Assembly (NCBI RefSeq): GCF_009914755.1 | Contig: NC_060933.1 | DNA from: the human T2T-CHM13v2.0 reference genome, Homo sapiens | DNA: 64,000 nt | Reading direction: 5' to 3' (one strand) | Notes under the pieces: model-generated | What the model was told of the DNA's origin: nothing | Database searches by the model: none | The model's input: the letters and a program-made list of their open reading frames with translations, nothing else | In this document: positions 56,617-64,000 of the stretch, in pieces | Layout of the letters: each line of letters opens with the position of its first letter | Position numbering within the stretch: position 1 is the stretch's first letter | Position numbers and translations under genes: made by a program

Positions 56617-57137
56617 GGTGTAAAATGATTGCAAAGAGAGCTCACCTTTCTTTCCTATATTTATGCTCTTTACAAAGTGAATTTGTAACTCTTCCATCAA
56701 GAAGTAGACTCTATTTCCCAAGCCCTTACATTTGGCTGTCCTCATGCTTTTTATTTTTATTTTTTTAGCCCATAGAATGTGGTGCAATAATGGCATGCCT
56801 GTTCTAAGCCTGCACTTGAAGAGGTTTTGCACATTTTGGCTCCTTTTCTTGCATCTCATAAGAACAAGCCTGGGCTAGCCTGCTGGAAGGTAAGAAAAGG
56901 AGAGTTGAGACCCCAGCCTGTTTAAAAATGAACCCCAAACACACAACAGAGTCTAAGCCATTTCAGCAGACCCACCCTCTACCCAATTTACCAGACCCAC
57001 AGCTAACTACCCAAGTAGCTCCATAGCAGAGGAACTACTCCGCTGCCCATAACCCCATGGCCAATCATAAAAATATATTGTTTCACACCTTATAAATTTT
57101 GAGATGGTTCATTGTGCAACAAAATCTAATTGACACA
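56617..57137 (+). mobile_element. MLT1 (G/H-like) LTR
   Basis: cttccatcaagaagtagactctatttccc; agaacaagcctgggctagcctgctgga. Confidence 0.75.
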
Positions 57138-57312
57138 CAACTATGAAATGATAAAAGGGATTAAATACTGCACACTCTGTATTTTCATAATTGTTCTTGA
57201 TCAGCATCTTTCAGCAAGCTAGGTACAAGCAAGATGTTTGCAGCAACCTAAATTTCTGCATTTGAGATAATCAGATTCTTTCAACTCAGGGTTTAGATTC
57301 CTGCAATTTAGT

Positions 57313-57611
<299 letters not shown>

Positions 57612-57785
57612 TCAATTTAATCTCCACGTTAGTCCCACTAGCATGTATTTTTGTAACCTAGGAAACCTGGGATGAATCACAAGTCTAGGCACAAGGCTTC
57701 TAGCACAAGGTGAGTATTTCTTGATGCCCAGCTGTCCCTGTTTCAGGCCTCTGCTCAAATGTCCCCTTTGGCTCTCTCTTTACCA

Positions 57786-58208
57786 TGTTGGGAAGGAGAT
57801 CTTCCTCTATCAGTTTAGACCCCAGTGGTCAGGAGCCTGTGAATTAAATGGCAATGAACAGATTGACAGCAGAAAAGACAAAATTTCTCTGCACACATGT
57901 AGCAGCACACCAAAGAAGTACATCTCTGAACAGCTAGGGACTGTGGCTTACATAGGAGCTTGACTGAAGAAGGGAGGGCAGAGAGGGTTAGGGAAAGAAT
58001 GGAAGGTTCTGATGAGGTTTGCTGACACCAACACCATTGACTTGAAATGTCATGATGTTAAAGGACTCATTTGTCTCCCTGACTGGAAACCCTGGTTTCG
58101 GGCTTTATGGCAGCTGAATTCTCTGGAGTCTCCGCTCTAGTCTGACAGGAGAAGTTCAGTTAAGATCTCTTTCTACATCTGCTGTAATCGTTGTTAGTCC
58201 CTTCAACA
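57786..58208. mobile_element. Probable LTR (family unresolved)
   Basis: tgttg...caaca inverted termini, about 420 bp. Confidence 0.4.
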
Positions 58209-58211
58209 ACA

Positions 58212-58632
58212 CGTTATGAATTGTGCCCCCCACAAATCAATGTTGAAGTCCTAACCCCTAGTACTTCAGAATGCGACTTTATTTGAAAATAGGGTCATTT
58301 CAGATATAATTTGTTTAAATGAGGTGGTATTGTAAGGGGGGCCCCTAATCCAATGTAACTGGAGTCATTATTAGAACACAGCCAAGTGAAGACAGACACA
58401 CTCAGAGACTGCCCTGTGACCAGGAAGGCAGAATACCGCCACGCAACTGCGAGCCAGGACCACCAAAGCATGGCTGGCCGGCCACCAGAAGCTAGGAGGA
58501 GGCAAGGAAGCTTTCAGAGGAAGCACAGCCCTGCCAGCACCTTGATTTCAGACTTGCAGTTTCCAGAACTGTGAGACAATACATTTTTGTTGCTTTAAGC
58601 CAGCCAGTTTTTGGACCTTATTATGGCAGCCA
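58212..58632 (+). mobile_element. MLT1B/C LTR
   Basis: gttgaagtcctaacccctagtacttcagaatg; ccagaactgtgagacaatacattt. Confidence 0.9.
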
Positions 58633-58759
58633 CCCCCCTGCAGCATGTCATCCTGGGTGTGCCTGGTTGGTGGTCGTGACTCAAATGTAAGCTCTGATTG
58701 AGGATGGGGCTCTTTGGGTAACACACAGGACAGAGCCTGGCTCATCACAAAATGGCAAA

Positions 58760-58985
58760 TGCTGTGGAACATGTATTAAGCACCATGCTCTACCTCAAAG
58801 CACTACATGTATTAAATCATCAATTTGCACAACACTCTGCCACCCCCGAGAAAAGTACCATTTTAATCCCCATTTTCATGGAGGATTAGACTGAGGACTT
58901 AGGTGGCTTGTTTACAGTCACATAGCCAGTAAAGGGGCAAAGCTGGGATTCAAACCCAGCAGTCAGATAGTGGAGCCCTGGCGAG
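58760..58985 (-). mobile_element. MIR
   Basis: ccccatttt...gactgagg...gtcacatagccagtaa...ggattcaaaccca. Confidence 0.75.
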
Positions 58986-59688
58986 CAAGGAGATGAACGG
59001 GGCTCTCAGGCACACCCCCCTTTCCCTGATGCTCACAGCCACTCTTCATATCTCCAGTCTTTGGTGGCCCCTGTGCTGTCATCAGAATCTGCCCCTTTTG
59101 AGTGATTTTTCATTATTCGGCAGCTCTCTTCATTTCCATCTTATTACAGGCTGGACCAGGACTCATCTCCTAGGAGACAGTAAGTGATTCTGTCCGGTTT
59201 ATCATTGCTTTATACACTTCAGATACTTTTTTTCATGTCATGTTATTGAATTCTGGGTGTCCCTAAAGTTGGACATTTATCTACAGAATGTGGCAGGCTT
59301 TTTGTATATCCACCCATTTGTTATAATCCCCCAAATAAGAAGTTTTATTAAGTTTTTACCTTATCTCCTCTATTTAAACTATTTTCGCTAGACATGCTGA
59401 AGGATGTCCCAAATTTATGACCAAAAGGATCATCTTACTAATCTACCTCTGCTGTGGGGAAAGGGCTCCAGCAGATATTTCCCACCTTCCAACTTCCCCA
59501 CCCCCAGCTGATGGGACAGAGCCTAGGACTCTTAATGGCTAGCAAAGTCAGTGTTCCAGAGAATTCTACCAGATTCATACTTGCAGAGGATGAATTATAC
59601 AGAATTATTAACCCACTTCTGCCTCCTTCATTCCAGGATTTCACGACAAAAAAAAAAAAAAGTAGAAAGGAAGGAAGAAATGTCATAA

Positions 59689-59995
<307 letters not shown>

Positions 59996-60069
59996 TAAAC
60001 TTTTTATTTGAGATAATTTTAGATGTCCAGAGCAGTTGCAAAAATAGTAAGGAGAGTGGCCATGGCCAA

Positions 60070-61880
60070 GAGAAAAGATCAGTGAATTCTCTCCCCAAAA
60101 AGCGAATATAAGGTGAAAAAAATCTTCAATAACCACCATTTGTTGCTCTGGAAATTGGTGAACTACTCAATTTTGAATAAGAACAGTGGTGATGTGTGGC
60201 ATTCTGGCCTGGGGGACTCAGCCCCGGATCAGTCACTATGGAGATTCTGCTAGGACTGGGCTCTCTGTCTTCTGCCATGATGGAAGGAAGTCCACTTGAC
60301 GTGGAGCAGCAGTGATGCCCACTGCCAAGGTGTCCTCTGGGGAAGGGACTTTGGAGAGGTTGGGGGCAAGTGGGAGTCTAACTTTTGTCTCTATGAGCCT
60401 GAGTTTGTGGTCATGGTTGGGAAGCACATATTCCTGGTTCAGGCTGCACATGTATGCAGTGAAGAACAGAGGGCTCAGTTTATATACACTCTCCTGGCTG
60501 ACCCTGGGGCTACACATGTGTACACAGGAGACTCTCTGGGGCCCCATGAAAAGCCAAAGCCTGGCGACTTGAAAATGACCTGATCTCTGATCCATGAGCA
60601 GGGGATAGAAGCCTTGTTGGCTGAAAGTATTTGAGCAATAGACTACTAAGCTAGGCTGACACAGGTACAAACCCTAGGAAGTAAGTATGAAAACAAAAAT
60701 TCAAGAACAGCAACAAAAAGCACTTAAGCTGAATTATCAATGGCTGCACATCACAGAAGACAAGTTATTTTGACCCAGTCTTTGATTTAGTAATCAAAGA
60801 CTTCAGAGTAACTATTATAAATACATTCATAGCATTAAAGTTATTCAAGTTTAAAGAATTAATGTATGATAACAATGAATTAACAAATCGAGAGTCTCGA
60901 TAAACATATACAAATTATAAAAAAGAACCAAATGGAAATTTTGGAGTTGACAAGTAAATTAACCTGAAATGAAGTTTCCTACAGAGGGGACTTCACAGCA
61001 ATTTGAGATGGCAGATGAAGTAATCAGTAAATTTAGAGACAGATTAATAGAAAGTATCCAATATGAAGAGCACAGAGAAAGAAAAATTGAAAGTAAAAAT
61101 AAACATTGTCTCAAACACCTACAGAAATATACCCAGTATACCCACATAAGCATATGAGAGTCCCAGAAAAAGGACTCTAAGAGGAGGAAAAGTTATTTGA
61201 AGAAATAATGGCTGAAGACTTCACAAATTTGATGAATGAATTAATCTACACATACAGGAAGCTCCATTAACTGCAGCCAGAAAAAGCTGTATAAGAAAGA
61301 CTACAGACATAGTGCAGTGGCTCATGCCTGTAATCCTAGCACTTTGGGAGGCTGAGGTAGGAGGATCATTTGAGCCCAGGAGTTCAAGACTAGCCTGGGC
61401 AACATAGTAAGACCCCCATCTCTAAAAAAATTAAAAATGAAAAATAAAAATTAGCCAGACATGGAGGCATGTGCCTGTAGTCCCAGCTACTCAGGAGGCT
61501 CAAGTGGGTAGATCACTTGACCCCCAGAATTGGAGACTGCAGTGAGCCAGGATTGCGCCATTGTACTCCAGACTGGGCAACAGAGAGAGATTCTGTCTCA
61601 GAAAAAAAAAAAAGGAAGGAAAGAAGGAAGACTACTTATTAGACATTCCATTTATATGAAATATCTATAACAGTCAAATTTATATATAAAGAAAGCAGAT
61701 CAGTGTCTGCACGGGACTGGGTGTGGAAGCAGAAAATGACTGCAAATGAGCAGGGGCCACTTTCAGAGTGAGGGAATGCCTCAAACTGGACTGTGATGAT
61801 GACTAAACAACTTAAAGTAACTAAAGTCACTGAATTGCACACTTACAATGGATAATTTTTTATATGAAAATTGTTTAAAT
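60070..61880 (+). mobile_element. L1M 5'/ORF1 fragment joined to an L1M 3' end
   Basis: ORF1 motifs gaaccaaatggaaattttggagttga and gaagaaataatggctgaa; 3'UTR motifs attccatttatatgaaat and cactgaattgcacactt. Confidence 0.75.
61305..61613 (+). mobile_element. AluJ-type
   Basis: ggaggatcatttgagcccagg and agcctgggcaacatagtaagacccc; TSD aagRaagactac. Confidence 0.95.
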
Positions 61881-62296
61881 ACATTAGCTAGGCAAAACTC
61901 ATGTATTACACACACATACACAAGATACATTATAGCTTTGCACCATCTCACAGAAATGTCCTCATTGGAACACAGTAAAGATATGATATAACACCGTGGA
62001 AAGAACGCTGAACTTGGAATCCTAATGTGTGGACCAAACTACATGTTCTACTATTTACTATGTATAACATTGGCTAACTCACTTTTCCTCTCTGAACCAA
62101 TTTTTGTACGAAAAAGTGAAAATTAAATAAGAGTATACATGAAGTATCTAAAACAGTGGGTGAACCAGTTAATGCTCAATATACTGATATTTGTTTGCCT
62201 TTATGTTTGTCACTGTGGTCGCTCTCTGTGGGCACCAAGCATAGGAGAAAAAAAGTAGCAGAATATAGAGTTGCTGCAAAATGTTTGTTTGACAAG

Positions 62297-63347
62297 TAGA
62301 AGGCAGACGAGCCAGGTGAGATTAAGTTGTCTCAAACTGATTCAAGCCATCAGAACACAGACCAAACCCCAACCAAGATCAACAGCTTGAGTGTGGCCAT
62401 GATCTGCAAGGCTCCAAGGCCACTCCCTCTACAAGCATAGAATATGAAAGTGGTGGTAGGCAACAAATGCCACTCCACACTCTTTTACCTGTCCATGGCA
62501 TCCTTCATCTCTCCAGTGGCTTCCTCTCTTCCTCTGGGAAAGCATGCTCCTCATTCTGCTGCTCACACTCATCCCTGATTAGACACCCCATACCTGTGTC
62601 GCTGCGAGCTTTCGTCCATGCATCTGCAGTGCACTGCCCTAGCCACTCTGCTCCTCTTTCCTGGTGTCTCCTTTGCCTGATCATAAGCCCCTGTAAAGCA
62701 GAGAGAGACCATATTTTACTGTGCTCTGTGTATTCAGGACCTAGTGCTGTGTCTGGCATATTATGAGAATTCACTAAAAGTACATAATTATCTAAACGGA
62801 ACTGAAAAGCACAGAGATGAAGGATTTTATAGATGAGATTGTTCAAGGTCATGGAGGCCACAAGTAGCAACAAATCATGGAATACATAGAAAAGGAATTC
62901 AGAGGTAAATTGGCATTTTCTGAACAACAATTCATTGATGCTTTGTCCCAGGCACTTTCCATTACATTATTTATTTTTTAAGACAACTCATTGAGAGAGG
63001 TATTATTTTCACTATTTCAAGAACTCACAGAAATTGTATTTGTCTATGTATGGTGAACTCTCTAGGAAGTGTTAAAGCCAGGATTTGTCCCCAGAATTCT
63101 CTGATGTCTCAACCAATCCCTGCCATTACATGCATCCAGAGTCCACAAATAATCAATGCCCATTTTGTGTGAGGTGCAGTTCTATGCTGTGCCTTCCTTG
63201 AGGAAGGATGAATAGATGGCAGATGAGCCAGGTGAGATTAAGTTGTCCCAAACTGATTCAAGTCATCACAACACAGACCAAACCCCAACCAATATAGACA
63301 GTGTGAATGTGGCCATGATCTGCAAGGCTCCAAGGCAACTCCCTCTA
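62297..63347. repeat. Dispersed 135-bp direct repeat (62297-62431 and 63213-63347)
   Basis: About 12 mismatches by eye, no indels, offset 916 bp. Confidence 0.93.
62480..63130. mobile_element. L2 3' fragment (+) followed by MIR fragments (-)
   Basis: gtattcaggacctagtgctgtgtctggcata; ccaggcactttccattacattatt; aaagccaggatttgtcccca. Confidence 0.55.
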
Positions 63348-64000
63348 TGGTGCAGAGAAGCTGTGACCCACTGTGCCTCCCAGTTATCTTTCTCAGCAAG
63401 TCCTTTGGACACTTTCCTGTCCCTGATACTGTATTGTTAATAGTCTCTGCATCACAAATCTGAAGAGAATGGAATCACATAGAAGCCACCTGTGTAACAA
63501 TCCCCACATCCAACACCCTTTTAATTCCATTCCCCTTTCTCCTAATTTAGGATATGACCCCCTGCATAGGCTATTGTTTCCAACCCCTCCCAAAGTCCTC
63601 TTTGCCCAAGTTACCTCTCCCAGTGAACAAGGCACAGGCTCCTCAGGTTTTCCTAAGGCATTGCCTGAAACTTTGAAACGTGTCATTCTCATCAGTGATC
63701 CCCAAAGACTCCTTAGTTTTACACTCCATACAACCTCTCTCCTACAAGCCTCTCTTACACGACCTTGCCTGCCCTTCAAGAACACATTTTTCTAAGGAAG
63801 CACCAGCCCCATGGAAATCCCCCTCATGACTCAGTCAGTAATGATCTTGTCCTCATCAGAATTCATAAGCTTCTCATCTATATGGATACAATGAAATTTC
63901 TGCTTTTCGAGAGCATCTGGTGTGTTGTGATATGCTTATTGTGTTATTATTTGAGTACTGAATTCAATGTTTGCGTGCACGTACCTTTTTCTATCTTCCT

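Noticed and set aside
60236-60670. 144-aa ORF, the longest in the track
   Set aside because: Appears to lie antisense within L1M 5'-region sequence; no recognisable domain or splice context.
63216-63270. SECIS-like ATGA...AA...TGAT spacing
   Set aside because: Helix II does not pair next to the core, and no selenoprotein CDS lies upstream.

Overview
Primate (human-like) genomic DNA, AT-rich and dominated by interspersed repeats: about 19 Alus, several multi-kb degraded L1s, ERV1/ERVL/MaLR LTRs, a full-length Tigger1, Tigger2a, MER58, MIR and L2. There is no intact protein-coding gene, and nearly all ORFs in the track are Alu/L1/Tigger by-products. The non-repeat islands between the repeats form an ordered chain of about 16 exon-like segments on the + strand (about 4.9-56.2 kb). 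They have splice-site-like ends, largely compatible intron phases, stop codons that could arise from C>T changes, and a few frameshifts. I interpret this as the remains of a large (roughly 1,500-codon) multi-exon gene, a candidate unitary pseudogene. Its central exons resemble the axonemal dynein light chain domain of DNALI1/AXDND1 (comparison from memory, not a search). An LTR16-like element and a 161-bp tandem duplication interrupt its largest exon, and an approximately 8-kb L1 carrying a Tigger1 appears to split its last exon. Repeat subfamily names are by-eye recognitions, and most L1 boundaries are approximate.
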